Below, piece after piece: positions 38,765-47,869 of a stretch of 64,000 nt of DNA. Position numbers and translations under genes: made by a program. Under the pieces are notes generated by a model, which was given only the letters and a program-made list of their open reading frames with translations, did not search any database and had not been told where the DNA came from. Every line of letters begins with the position of its first letter. Positions within the stretch are counted from its first letter, which is position 1. The stretch is from a virus. Lineage: Duplodnaviria > Caudoviricetes. The stretch is taken from positions 5,365 through 69,364 of the IMG/VR virus record IMGVR_UViG_2675903691_000001; one strand, given 5' to 3'.

Positions 38765-39145
38765 CTACTTGCCGGTTGCAGTGTCCAGAAAGGCGCGTCC
38801 GGCTGCGGCAACGTCTTCCCGGACCAGACTGCGGAAGATGTTGATACTGATCATCTTTGGACGACTGACCCCGTTGCTGATCTCGACACAATCGGGAACG
38901 CCTGCGTCGGAGCTGCGACAGAGTCCGAAAGTGATCGGCTTGCCAGGGGCGCTGGATTGCAGGGCCGCGATTGCCGCCGCTTTGACGGACGCCGGAAGGT
39001 TTGTGCCTTTCAATGCATCGATCTGAGTCTGCAGAGCGGTGTCGACACTGGACGGGACAGCGCGAACGCTGGTCGGGTCGAGATTCCATTTCCCCCGGCT
39101 ATTGGGGTCGCTCTTGCTGGTCTTGTTGGTGGTTGCAGTAGCCAT
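38765..39145 (-). CDS. Hypothetical protein
   Basis: GGAG RBS, followed by terminator. Confidence 0.75.
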   Translation of the reverse strand: MATATTNKTSKSDPNSRGKWNLDPTSVRAVPSSVDTALQTQIDALKGTNLPASVKAAAIAALQSSAPGKPITFGLCRSSDAGVPDCVEISNGVSRPKMISINIFRSLVREDVAAAGRAFLDTATGK

Positions 39146-39238
39146 AGGTCTGAACTCCGGTTTGGGTGTGATTCGCCCTGTCTCGTCAGTGTCAGGCGGG
39201 CAATCCTGACAGACCGGCCAGCGCGGCCGGTTTCGACT

Positions 39239-39607
39239 CTATTCCTGTCCGCCGAATGTCCCCTGCTGTGAGGCCCGGCGGGTCGCCTGAGACATTCCCA
39301 GCAGTGCGACGTACATTTCGTCGACTTGCTGTTCCCAGCGTTCCCGGTTGGCGGGTTGATAGGTCAGGGTGTGACCCCGTTTGACACGGCTGACAGCGCG
39401 GAAGATTGCCAGACCGGGATCGGTTCCGGCATCCATATCGACGATTGCGAAACCGCACGCGTCCTGACAGGCATCGTCGAGGTCTTGCGGCGGGATCGCG
39501 TGTTTGAGGCGTTTGCGGATGGCATTGCGGAATCGCGGCCAGTTGATGATCTGACTGGTTGAGTCGACCCCGTCCAGACTGTCGGGTTCAGCGTTCTGGT
39601 GTTTCAT
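39239..39607 (-). CDS. Protein resembling sigma-factor region 2 only
   Basis: PQDLDDACQDA resembles the ECF DAEDLxQE motif; no region-4 HTH evident. Confidence 0.45.
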   Translation of the reverse strand: MKHQNAEPDSLDGVDSTSQIINWPRFRNAIRKRLKHAIPPQDLDDACQDACGFAIVDMDAGTDPGLAIFRAVSRVKRGHTLTYQPANRERWEQQVDEMYVALLGMSQATRRASQQGTFGGQE

Positions 39608-40076
39608 GTTCTTCTCTCCGGTTTGGGTGTGGCTGATGCGGTTGGCAGCGTCGATGTTACCTATCTAAACGCCTGAAACCCCATGATTCTCTCACTCAAT
39701 TTGACACGAATTCTTACTGCGCCGGTACTTGCGGCGACGGTCCTGAGTCTCAAGGGAATAGATAAAACTGGCAGCGGCAACGGTTTGCGGAACCATATCG
39801 CTTGCGAACCATCGCCAGAACAATTTTTCGGCGCTGAATCCATTACCGCCATTGAAGTTATGTCCGATTGGCGGCGCTGCTGTACTACTCCGATTGCCGC
39901 CAGAGGCTGCATCCTGGTGAAGTCATCCAGTGCCGCCAGAGGGCTTATGTGGGCAGAGTCTCAGGGGAATGAGATAGGCTGGTCGGCCGGCTCGAAAATC
40001 TTTCGAGATTGGTAGCGTCGGTGCTGCACAAAAAGTGGTTTAGATAGGGCATCACACTCAAACTGTGGAGGGTTGA

Positions 40077-40421
40077 ATGAGCGAAGCGAAGCACACACCC
40101 GGGCCGTGGAAATTTGAAGAAGGTGACAGGACACGTGGAATGATGAGCGAGGTCTTCAAGGAAGCAGACCCGCAATTTCGGATTGGTTTCGTCACCTGCG
40201 AATCTCACAACTCCCTGCAGCGGGCGGAAGATATCTGCAACGCCTGTTTGATTGCCGCCGCCCCGGAGTTGCTGGAGGCCCTTGTGTCTGCTGCGCAGTT
40301 TTGCAGGGCCTGCGAAGAGTCTGGCAGGAGGCCGTTTAATTTGACTCCGCTGAAGCAAATTGAAGCTGCCATCGCCAAGGCCACCGGCGTCCCTCTCGGC
40401 TGGACCAGCGTCGAAACCTGA
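40077..40421 (+). CDS. HTPGPW-family early phage protein
   Basis: HTPGPW...NACLIAAAPELLEAL. Confidence 0.8.
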   Translation: MSEAKHTPGPWKFEEGDRTRGMMSEVFKEADPQFRIGFVTCESHNSLQRAEDICNACLIAAAPELLEALVSAAQFCRACEESGRRPFNLTPLKQIEAAIAKATGVPLGWTSVET

Positions 40422-40463
40422 TCCCTGCATTCCCTTCCCCTGCCCCTTAACCGGAGACCCCGA

Positions 40464-40694
40464 ATGGACCCGAATGCAACGTGGAGCCTGCTGTCTCACC
40501 TGCTGGACAGGGAGATGAGCGGCGATGAGGCGGTGGACGCGATTGGCCTGTGTGAGGGGCTGATCGGCTGGCTGGAGATGGACGGCTTCATGCCGGCGGA
40601 GATCTCGCTTGTGATGGGCCGCAGGGCGTTCCTGCGGATGCTGAGGGCCACGCTGGAGTGGCTGCACTGTACCGCGGACGTTTTGGGAGTCTGA
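40464..40694 (+). CDS. Small early protein
   Basis: MDPNAT start, GGAG RBS. Confidence 0.7.
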   Translation: MDPNATWSLLSHLLDREMSGDEAVDAIGLCEGLIGWLEMDGFMPAEISLVMGRRAFLRMLRATLEWLHCTADVLGV

Positions 40695-40697
40695 CGC

Positions 40698-40901
40698 ATG
40701 TTTCAGTGGTTCACGGTGGTTGGATATTTCAACGACACTGGTCTGGCTTATGTCGGCCATCACCATTGCCTCGAAAAGGACGCTGCGGCGAGACAGGCGT
40801 TCGAGATCAGTGACCAGATGGTCATTGTGGCGATCTTTGAGGGTGAGCAGTGCGATGTCAGCCTCAATGAACACTGCATGACCGGCCCAGAAGACCTCTG
40901 A
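40698..40901 (+). CDS. Small early protein
   Basis: 67 aa, tightly spaced. Confidence 0.65.
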   Translation: MFQWFTVVGYFNDTGLAYVGHHHCLEKDAAARQAFEISDQMVIVAIFEGEQCDVSLNEHCMTGPEDL

Positions 40902-40975
40902 TCGAGATGCGGGGCCCTTGTGATCAGGGGCCTCGATTCCCGCTCAGTCCCGTTCCCTTTCGAAGGAGTTTCCCG

Positions 40976-41185
40976 ATGTCGAGTTCCCGCAAATGTTCGT
41001 GGTGCGATCGCCAGGCTGTTTACCGCCTGAGTTCGAAGCACCGGGTCGATTACGCCTGCGAGGACCACAACCGCAGTTGGGGCTCGAGCTACGGCGTCGT
41101 GACGGCGCTGCACACTCCCCCGGCGCCGGCTGAAGCTGCGTGCGAAGTGGGGGATCAGTTTGGGTATGGGGTGTTTGAGGAATAG
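40976..41185 (+). CDS. Small Zn-binding early protein
   Basis: AAGGAG RBS; CSWC...CEDH. Confidence 0.65.
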   Translation: MSSSRKCSWCDRQAVYRLSSKHRVDYACEDHNRSWGSSYGVVTALHTPPAPAEAACEVGDQFGYGVFEE

Positions 41186-41233
41186 ACTCCTGCAGTCTCA
41201 TCGTCACACCCATCCCCCCAGAGGATCGAAGCC

Positions 41234-41491
41234 GTGCCAAAGAAGATTTGGGAACCGCAGGCGATCTCGGTCGCCGTAAAGCTACATGAAGTTCTTGCAA
41301 CGATCGAACTGTTGGAACCGAAAGCCAGGCAACACATGGTCGCCTTGCTCGACAAGATCAGCGATGCCGCTCCGCCAGTTTACATTCATGAGAAATACGA
41401 CCCGCCGTTGGGTATTCGGTGGTCTAAGCAGGAACGGCTGATCTGCAAGGCAATGTCTGAGATTGTCAAAGATCCGCGTAGCCGGACCTGA
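41234..41491 (+). CDS. Hypothetical protein
   Basis: GAGG RBS, followed by terminator. Confidence 0.6.
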   Translation: MPKKIWEPQAISVAVKLHEVLATIELLEPKARQHMVALLDKISDAAPPVYIHEKYDPPLGIRWSKQERLICKAMSEIVKDPRSRT

Positions 41492-41531
41492 GTCTCAGGC
41501 CAATAAGTAATCGTTGTTGAGCGGCGGCCGT

Positions 41532-41575
41532 GGTGGTCGCCGTTTTCTGCCCGGTTTCCGGTGACCGCCTTTTTT
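41532..41575 (+). terminator. Intrinsic terminator
   Basis: 11-bp stem with G.U pairs plus T6. Confidence 0.8.
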
Positions 41576-41601
41576 GATTCACTTCTTTCAGGAGAACTGC
41601 C

Positions 41602-41913
41602 TTGGAGATCAATGGCAGAGAACTGCACATCCGCACGAGATTGAACCGCGACACACGGGTCAGGCTGGCGCTGCGATACCTGCAACTCTTGTGGCCTGAC
41701 AGCGTCGTGGAACCGTCCGTCAGCGATGACGAGGCGTTCATTTACCAGAGCAAGGAGTCGCAGGAAAGCTGGGATAGACTCGGCCGCACCGACCAGAACG
41801 CCCCGCAGATGGTGCAGTTGATCGTCACCCCGGACGGCTTGACGTTCGTCCATGATGGACTGGATGAGGCCGAGATCAGAAACACCTTCGCCAGTAATGC
41901 GATTTTCTCCTAA
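41602..41913 (+). CDS. Hypothetical protein
   Basis: AGGAG RBS, TTG start, globular composition. Confidence 0.65.
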   Translation: MEINGRELHIRTRLNRDTRVRLALRYLQLLWPDSVVEPSVSDDEAFIYQSKESQESWDRLGRTDQNAPQMVQLIVTPDGLTFVHDGLDEAEIRNTFASNAIFS

Positions 41914-41952
41914 ACTCACAGGGCGCTCGACGCCATCAAGGAAGCCGCTCCC

Positions 41953-42408
41953 ATGTTGAAAGCCCTGTCCGTCTTCGAACGCTCGTCCTGCGCGTGTTCC
42001 CAGTGCCGCCAGACGTGCCGATCCGGAAAGCCGGGTTGCCTGGCCCCCTCGGACGTCGACCACATTGCGGAATACATCGGCCTCGACGAGGCAAGCGACG
42101 AATTCATCCGCAAGAGCTTCCAGGCGTGCGTTGACGGGCCTCGGACCGCTGTGGCAGACTTTCCAGACGGGGAGACGCCAGCTATTCGCCCTCGCGTGCG
42201 TAAGGACGGCTCGTGCATCTTCCTGGGGCCGGACGATGAATGCCTGATCCATCCGGTCGCGCCGTTCGAGTGCGGTCGGGTCGATGCCTGTGATCCTGCC
42301 AGCGGAGCCGCGGCAATGAAGCGGCTGGGGTCAGAGATTGCCGGGTCGCGGGATTACGTCATGCTGTGGAAGTGGTTGTTGGATCAACAGAATGGAATCA
42401 CAGCCTGA
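41953..42408 (+). CDS. YkgJ-like cysteine-cluster (Fe-S/Zn) protein
   Basis: CACSQCRQTC...CIFL...CLIHPVAPFEC. Confidence 0.75.
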   Translation: MLKALSVFERSSCACSQCRQTCRSGKPGCLAPSDVDHIAEYIGLDEASDEFIRKSFQACVDGPRTAVADFPDGETPAIRPRVRKDGSCIFLGPDDECLIHPVAPFECGRVDACDPASGAAAMKRLGSEIAGSRDYVMLWKWLLDQQNGITA

Positions 42409-42423
42409 CTGCCGCCAGAAAAC

Positions 42424-42465
42424 AAAAAGAGCCCCGTGCGCCGGACCGCGTATCGGGGCTTTTTT
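42424..42465. terminator. Bidirectional terminator between convergent arms
   Basis: A5-GAGCCCCG...CGGGGC-T6. Confidence 0.85.
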
Positions 42466-42477
42466 CATGCGCTGCGT

Positions 42478-42756
42478 TTAGTGAGTTTTATGTCTCGACT
42501 TTTTCGTCTCCTCTGGCGGATCTTCCGGAGCAGGCTCATCAGGCTCGGGAGCCACCCGCAGATCTTCGTTGATGTCGATGATCGCGTGCGGATCGTCCAG
42601 GGCCTTTGCAGCGTCATTCAGTCGATACTGCTGGGCCATGTTTCGCAGCGCCGTCCGCACGATATTGGCCGGCGAGTCGCCGACCTGCTTGGAGAGTTCG
42701 TCGATCGCCACGCTTCCCGCGGAGGAGACGTCGAACTTGGGTTTGTATTCGGGCAC
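42478..42756 (-). CDS. Ribbon-helix-helix-like regulator
   Basis: Beta strand then two helices (IDELSKQVGDSPANIVRTAL). Confidence 0.55.
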   Translation of the reverse strand: MPEYKPKFDVSSAGSVAIDELSKQVGDSPANIVRTALRNMAQQYRLNDAAKALDDPHAIIDINEDLRVAPEPDEPAPEDPPEETKKSRHKTH

Positions 42757-42835
42757 GATTGCACGTCCTTTTGGTCAAAGTGAAAAAACGGGTCTGAAAC
42801 TTCAATCTGTCAGTCAGTGATTGAACCGGAGCGGA

Positions 42836-43165
42836 TCAGTCGTCGTCGTCATCGCCGCCGGCATAGGCGGGGCTCTTGATCTTCTCGGTCTTGAGCTTCG
42901 GTTCGTCCTCGACCTTGAGCCACTTGGCCCCTTCGTCGATGCGCACCTGCTTGATGCCGTGTTCCTTCATGATCGAGATGCAGTTCTCCTTGGCGGAGTT
43001 CACCAGTTCGGTTGCCCTGTGCTTCGCTCGCAGTCTCTTCATGTATTCGTCCACGGCATCCTGCACGGGGGCGGGAACGTCCTCGACCCAGTCTTCGTCG
43101 AGCGGAGGCTGACGGACCACTTCCGCCGCATCTTCCTCCTGGTTGCTTGCTCGCTTCTTCGCCAT
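42836..43165 (-). CDS. Hypothetical protein
   Basis: AGAGG RBS, 109 aa. Confidence 0.7.
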   Translation of the reverse strand: MAKKRASNQEEDAAEVVRQPPLDEDWVEDVPAPVQDAVDEYMKRLRAKHRATELVNSAKENCISIMKEHGIKQVRIDEGAKWLKVEDEPKLKTEKIKSPAYAGGDDDDD

Positions 43166-43180
43166 TCTGGTGTTCCTCTT

Positions 43181-43759
43181 TCAAAACATGGGTGTGGAGG
43201 CCGCCGCAGTAGCAGCCCCAAAGTGAAATTGCGTCTCCTTGACGACGGTCGCCACGGCTTCGCGCTGCTTCTGATTGGTCATTTCAACGGTTCCGACGGC
43301 TGCAAGCCCCATTGCAAAGAGCGCCCAGGCGTCGACCTCGTCGTTGCTATCGAAGATGCGTCCGGCCTGCTGCGTGACATGCGCGATCATCATGTCTTTC
43401 TGGCCCTTGCCGGCGCTGGTGGTGAACTTCTTGAGCGTCGAAGGGGGGACTTCCAGGATGTACTGGCAGTGATCGACAATGTGCCATCGCAGCACGCCTC
43501 CCAGTTCCGCCAACTGTTCCCGGCCGAACTTGGCGCCCATCGCGTAGCCCTCGATCAGAATCAGGTCCGGCTTAATTGAGGCGACGTGCTGATCGATTTC
43601 CCCAATCATCCTCTCGATCCGAGTAATCCGACCCCTCACGTCCTTTCCGATGGCGGGGGCAGAGAACCTCCGCATCTGGAACTTGCCGTGCGCGCGACCG
43701 CTGCAGATGGCGGTGTTGCTCAAACTCGGGTCGATGCCCATGACGAGGGGATGCGTCAC
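43181..43759 (-). CDS. ruvC: RuvC-like Holliday junction resolvase
   Basis: GIDPSL, LIEGY, LAELGGV, PSTLKK, NDEVDA. Confidence 0.88.
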   Translation of the reverse strand: MTHPLVMGIDPSLSNTAICSGRAHGKFQMRRFSAPAIGKDVRGRITRIERMIGEIDQHVASIKPDLILIEGYAMGAKFGREQLAELGGVLRWHIVDHCQYILEVPPSTLKKFTTSAGKGQKDMMIAHVTQQAGRIFDSNDEVDAWALFAMGLAAVGTVEMTNQKQREAVATVVKETQFHFGAATAAASTPMF

Positions 43760-44007
43760 TCGGTTTCTCCTACAGTCTTCACTGGCACACAGTCATGCAC
43801 AATACCAATCCACCCGCAGTCTAAGCACTTGCTACTGTTGCGGTCCTCGTCGCCGATGCACCCCATGCAGGTTCGCTCATGTCGCGTTCCCACGCATTGA
43901 GGGCAGGCCGCGTGAGCAACGTGATATTCAGCCGTCTGCGTCGGTGCTCGGTACGGTTCTGGTTTCGGCTTCGGTAGCCAGATTCCGTTTTGGTTGTTGT
44001 AGGTCAT
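43756..44007 (-). CDS. Zn-ribbon protein
   Basis: CPQC, CMGC, CLDC; coupled. Confidence 0.65.
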   Translation of the reverse strand: MTYNNQNGIWLPKPKPEPYRAPTQTAEYHVAHAACPQCVGTRHERTCMGCIGDEDRNSSKCLDCGWIGIVHDCVPVKTVGETE

Positions 44008-44261
44008 TGGTCGCCTTTCAGTGCCTTGTCTGCGATGTGCCAGGTTGCGGAGAACGCCGCCACATTCGGACCGGCAACAGCCACCTGATGTGCGCGGATG
44101 TGTTCGAGGGCCAGCTTGTACCGGTCGCGCTCCCCGGTCAGCGCCGCGATGTGTGCCAGCAATGTGCTCACGGCCTTACTGCCATTCCGTCCCATCGGGA
44201 ATCGCTCGGCAATGGCCTTCAGTTCGTCGTCGGTCAACGCGGAGGGTGGGGTTTCGCTCAT
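44004..44261 (-). CDS. Hypothetical protein
   Basis: ATGA-coupled chain. Confidence 0.7.
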   Translation of the reverse strand: MSETPPSALTDDELKAIAERFPMGRNGSKAVSTLLAHIAALTGERDRYKLALEHIRAHQVAVAGPNVAAFSATWHIADKALKGDQ

Positions 44262-44470
44262 TGTTTCAGTGCCTCTCCTCCGGCAGGGGTGATTGCAATT
44301 TCATCGTCGGGGTGGTTCTGATTGAAAGGCCGCTCGCGACTTACCCATCCTTTTTCGATGAGCGAGTCAATCGTGCTTCCGCGACAGACCTGCAACTGCT
44401 TCCACACTTCCCACGGACCAAAAACTGACAACGCCTCCAGCGCTCGTCTCTGCTCAGGTGTCGGTTTCAT
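44258..44470 (-). CDS. Small winged-helix-like protein
   Basis: TIDSLIEKGWV...ITPAGGEAL; coupled. Confidence 0.6.
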   Translation of the reverse strand: MKPTPEQRRALEALSVFGPWEVWKQLQVCRGSTIDSLIEKGWVSRERPFNQNHPDDEIAITPAGGEALKQ

Positions 44471-44679
44471 CTCTCGCTCTCCGGGGCCGGCTGGTTCTGT
44501 TCCTCAATTGCCTCGTCCACGCTCTCATCGAAAGACTCGGGTGCCGCAACGTCGCGGCTGAATTTGCCGTCAGGCCCAGTGAAGTTGGTGCCGTCGATGA
44601 TTTCCATTAGTACCGAGTAGGTCATCTTCCGCAGCGCCCGATACCGCCGCGCGTCCTCTTTGTCGCTGCGTTTGCTCAC
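44467..44679 (-). CDS. Hypothetical protein
   Basis: DARRYRAL motif; coupled. Confidence 0.65.
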   Translation of the reverse strand: MSKRSDKEDARRYRALRKMTYSVLMEIIDGTNFTGPDGKFSRDVAAPESFDESVDEAIEEQNQPAPESER

Positions 44680-45776
44680 GTCCCCTCCCCCCGCTGGGCA
44701 GCGATTGCGGCGTCTGCGTTCATTGCTGCGTCGATGGCTTCAATCGGACTGTCGCACCACTCAGTCTGAAACAGCGACTCAGACCCGTTGAGGCACTGAA
44801 CGGCGTACCCGCAATGAAAGTCGATACCGCGTGAACGGCGTAGTCGAAACTCGTTGGCATACATCCATTCGAATCGTTTCTCCGCAGCCGCCAGCTTCTC
44901 CCTAATGAACGACGTTGGTGACTCGGAACTGACAGGCAACATCCCACACTCTTCGGCGATATCGAACAGAGCCTTCGAGAATGCTGCCTGCGTGCCGGGT
45001 TCAATGCAGGCCCTCAGCCCCTTCTCCCGTTCTGCGGCGGCGGCGAGTTGCTGCTCAAGACCTTCGATCTTCAGTTCAAGGTCGCATCTGGCAATTCCGA
45101 AGTTGATGATATCGTCCTGGATTTCGCGTTCCTTTTCCGCAAGCTGCTGCTTGAGCTTGTTGAGCTTGGCGTCCAGCACAACGCAGATATCACCCCAGTG
45201 CGAATCAGGGGACTGCATTCCTGCGATGGCGACGAACTCTTTGCGGTACTTTTCTGCGAAATCGTTGACCTTGTTCAACCGCTCAATCTCCGCCCTCGCC
45301 TCGGAAAGTTGCTTGTCAATCTGCCCCTCTCGTTCGATGGCCCGTGGCGTCACACTCAAGTCGAGCAGCTTGACATAGCCAGGCACTTGAATATTGACCG
45401 CAAATCGCCCATGCGGTTTATGCGACGAAACGCCGATAACTTGACCTTTCAACGCCTCGCAAATCGCGTCGATCAGCGTTTGGCAATCCGCTGCTTCATC
45501 GGTCCACGGCACTGCAATCAGGTCGCAGTCCCGCTTCATTGAGCCGTGCAGCCCGACAGCGTAACCGAGCTTTCTTGCGGCCGACCATATGGCTTGGAAG
45601 TCTGGCAGACGTGGGTCGATCCACCCTTCCGCCGGATTGTCGTACATCGGTGGCGCGGTGAAGTTCGGCCATGCGGTTGCCGCAAGCTGCCCCTCCAACT
45701 CCGCGAGGCGGGCGGACTGGCCTTGCATTGCCTTGGCTACTGCGCGAGTGGTCGGGTTAATTCGTTCGCTGCTCAC
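44676..45776 (-). CDS. Mosaic protein: nucleotidyltransferase-like domain plus coiled coil
   Basis: GYAVGLHGSMKRDCDLIAVPW (GS...DxD); GTGA-coupled start. Confidence 0.55.
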   Translation of the reverse strand: MSSERINPTTRAVAKAMQGQSARLAELEGQLAATAWPNFTAPPMYDNPAEGWIDPRLPDFQAIWSAARKLGYAVGLHGSMKRDCDLIAVPWTDEAADCQTLIDAICEALKGQVIGVSSHKPHGRFAVNIQVPGYVKLLDLSVTPRAIEREGQIDKQLSEARAEIERLNKVNDFAEKYRKEFVAIAGMQSPDSHWGDICVVLDAKLNKLKQQLAEKEREIQDDIINFGIARCDLELKIEGLEQQLAAAAEREKGLRACIEPGTQAAFSKALFDIAEECGMLPVSSESPTSFIREKLAAAEKRFEWMYANEFRLRRSRGIDFHCGYAVQCLNGSESLFQTEWCDSPIEAIDAAMNADAAIAAQRGEGT

Positions 45777-46309
45777 GTCGCGCCTCCGCTGGGGGTCTTC
45801 AGTTGTTGAATCCATTCAATCCGACTGCGAATCTCGGATTCCAGTTTCGTGTCGGCATATCCAATCGCATCAACCAGCAGCGACGACTCCTTGCAGTAGA
45901 GCGTTGCGAACTTATCTGCCGGGTCGATTTCCCACAGGTTGTCGAGCCTGTCGATGAGCTTCATCACCTGCGCGTAGTGCGGTGCCTCAGTGGCATGCCT
46001 ACGGTCCCACTCCTTGCGTTCTGCTCTGGGCAGGTGGGAACCCTTCGAGGGGTTGGTGAGCCAGCCAACTGCACTGGCGACTTGCGGTCCAAATGCGTCG
46101 TGAATGTTGCCGAGAGAGACGTTGCAATCTTCGACGACATCATGGAGCCAAGCGGCGGCAATCAGTTCGTCGGTCGCAATCTTGTGAAGCGTGACCTGAC
46201 CTGCCACTCGCATTGGGTGTGTGATGTAAGGTCTGCCTGTGTACTTGCGGACCTGACCGTCGTGCATCGTCTTTGCGAATAAAGCTGCTGCCTGTACGAG
46301 AACACTCAC
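45773..46309 (-). CDS. HD-domain (p)ppGpp hydrolase-like protein (SpoT/Mesh1-type small alarmone hydrolase)
   Basis: HDGQVRK..PYITHP, LHDVVED, KLIDRLDNL. Confidence 0.85.
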   Translation of the reverse strand: MSVLVQAAALFAKTMHDGQVRKYTGRPYITHPMRVAGQVTLHKIATDELIAAAWLHDVVEDCNVSLGNIHDAFGPQVASAVGWLTNPSKGSHLPRAERKEWDRRHATEAPHYAQVMKLIDRLDNLWEIDPADKFATLYCKESSLLVDAIGYADTKLESEIRSRIEWIQQLKTPSGGAT

Positions 46310-46686
46310 GCCCCACCCCCTTTCGCGTGCCTGGCGAGAACTGCATCACATCGGTCGTGAATTGCCTGAATCCACTCACATACCTGCTTGAGTCCCTGTT
46401 CGTTTCCGTTCTCGCGGTGATGTGCCTTTTGGCTCCCGAGAGCGGCCAAATCGTTGCGAGCCTCAGTCAGCACCTCGACAAGCTCCCGATCCGCCTGCTG
46501 CTGGCCTTGGGTGAATCCGTGGCGGACTGATTTCTCAACGGCATCGGCAACTGAAGAGAGCACTGCATAAGAATGCGAGTCTTGATTCCAGCAGACGAAA
46601 TGAGCAGCGCGAACTGCTCGCTCAACTCCCTTGGCATCACCCCACGGCATCTGCACATTCTCGCTCGCGGTCGGGTCGGTCATCAT
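46306..46686 (-). CDS. Hypothetical protein
   Basis: Coupled chain. Confidence 0.65.
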   Translation of the reverse strand: MMTDPTASENVQMPWGDAKGVERAVRAAHFVCWNQDSHSYAVLSSVADAVEKSVRHGFTQGQQQADRELVEVLTEARNDLAALGSQKAHHRENGNEQGLKQVCEWIQAIHDRCDAVLARHAKGGGA

Positions 46687-46997
46687 TTCTTTGCTACCTC
46701 CCTCATTAGTTCCTGAATCGATTGCCAGTGCCCGTTTATTAGCCCTGTCACACTGCTTTGAAATTGCGATGCGGCGTCCACTTTCGCCAAAGTACGGCGG
46801 GCATCTTGCATGTCTTTGTCGTGTCGGTCGGTTCCGTAAGATCGCACCGCACGGATGGCGTCGTCCTGCGCGACATGGTCCCAGAACGATGCCTGCTTTT
46901 GGATGCCTTCAAAGAGTGATAGGCGAATCTTCCACAGGCGGTCGATTGGCGATTCTGGCTTCTCGTTCTTTTCTGGCGGGGCGGTCGGGTCGGTCAC
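46683..46997 (-). CDS. Hypothetical protein
   Basis: Coupled chain. Confidence 0.65.
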   Translation of the reverse strand: MTDPTAPPEKNEKPESPIDRLWKIRLSLFEGIQKQASFWDHVAQDDAIRAVRSYGTDRHDKDMQDARRTLAKVDAASQFQSSVTGLINGHWQSIQELMREVAKK

Positions 46998-47272
46998 TTT
47001 GCTTCTCCAATGTTACGCAGGTAAGACGATTCGAGGTTCAGCCAGATTTGAACGCTTGTTCCGAGTCCCTTTGCGATGACTTCGGCGAGGTCTCCAAGCC
47101 TGATTCCATATCGATGCTCACAGCCAGGCTCAGCGCAGGCGACGTACATTTCAATCGCCAGTGTGTTCACCGGGTCGCCTTCTGCGAGGTCCGCAGCAGT
47201 GATGCCGCGAGCCTCCATTTCGTCCTTCAGGTACTCACCGGGGTGGAAGGCGAATGCTGGGTTGGGTGTCAC
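46994..47272 (-). CDS. HigA-like XRE HTH protein
   Basis: HPGEYLKDEMEARGITAADLA...LGTSVQIWLNLESSY. Confidence 0.8.
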   Translation of the reverse strand: MTPNPAFAFHPGEYLKDEMEARGITAADLAEGDPVNTLAIEMYVACAEPGCEHRYGIRLGDLAEVIAKGLGTSVQIWLNLESSYLRNIGEAK

Positions 47273-47309
47273 GTTTCACTCCCCTCGAAAGTCGGTATGC
47301 GGGACGGGT

Positions 47310-47546
47310 CTATTCAAGTCGCCACACTCGAATCACGCCTTCACTCTCAATGTGTCGCGTGGCATACTTTCTCTTCGTCGCGGCCTTTTCGACGCGAAGG
47401 CGAGACATGAGGCGATTGCGTATCTTGCTCAGCGGCAAGTCGCCACCACAGGGAACGTCAAAGCAGTCCCCGGCTTCCATCTCTGAGAACGGAAACTCGG
47501 ACTTCTTTGCTTTGGAATATGGGATGTCTTTTTTGATTTCGTACAT
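47310..47546 (-). CDS. Small phage DNA-binding-like protein
   Basis: FPFSEMEAGDCFDVP motif. Confidence 0.65.
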   Translation of the reverse strand: MYEIKKDIPYSKAKKSEFPFSEMEAGDCFDVPCGGDLPLSKIRNRLMSRLRVEKAATKRKYATRHIESEGVIRVWRLE

Positions 47547-47601
47547 TGTCGTGATGCCAGTTGGTTGTCAGTTTCAGTGAATCGGAGGTCTGCGGGACGG
47601 G

Positions 47602-47805
47602 TCAGGCGTTGTCTTTGGACTGACCTGTTATTGCTTCTCGGATGTGCCTGAGTGTTTCACTAATGAACACGAAATACAGCCAACCGATTGCCAGGCACTT
47701 GAATCCGAGGTCAAGCTGCGTGTAGGCCAGCATTGAGGAATATAGTTCCCAGCACACTATCGCGAGGCCGCCCCATGCCAGTAGGTGAAAAGTCACTCGC
47801 TTCAC
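47602..47805 (-). CDS. Small two-helix membrane protein
   Basis: Two hydrophobic segments. Confidence 0.55.
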   Translation of the reverse strand: MKRVTFHLLAWGGLAIVCWELYSSMLAYTQLDLGFKCLAIGWLYFVFISETLRHIREAITGQSKDNA

Positions 47806-47869
47806 TTCGACACCGTTCCTTCCAGTTCCCGTTCCAACACCTCAACCCCCGCTCGCTTCACGTTCTCGG

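Noticed and set aside
39800-39945. Short TGCCGCCAGAGG and TCCGATTG repeats as iterons
   Set aside because: Only two copies each with irregular spacing; insufficient support.
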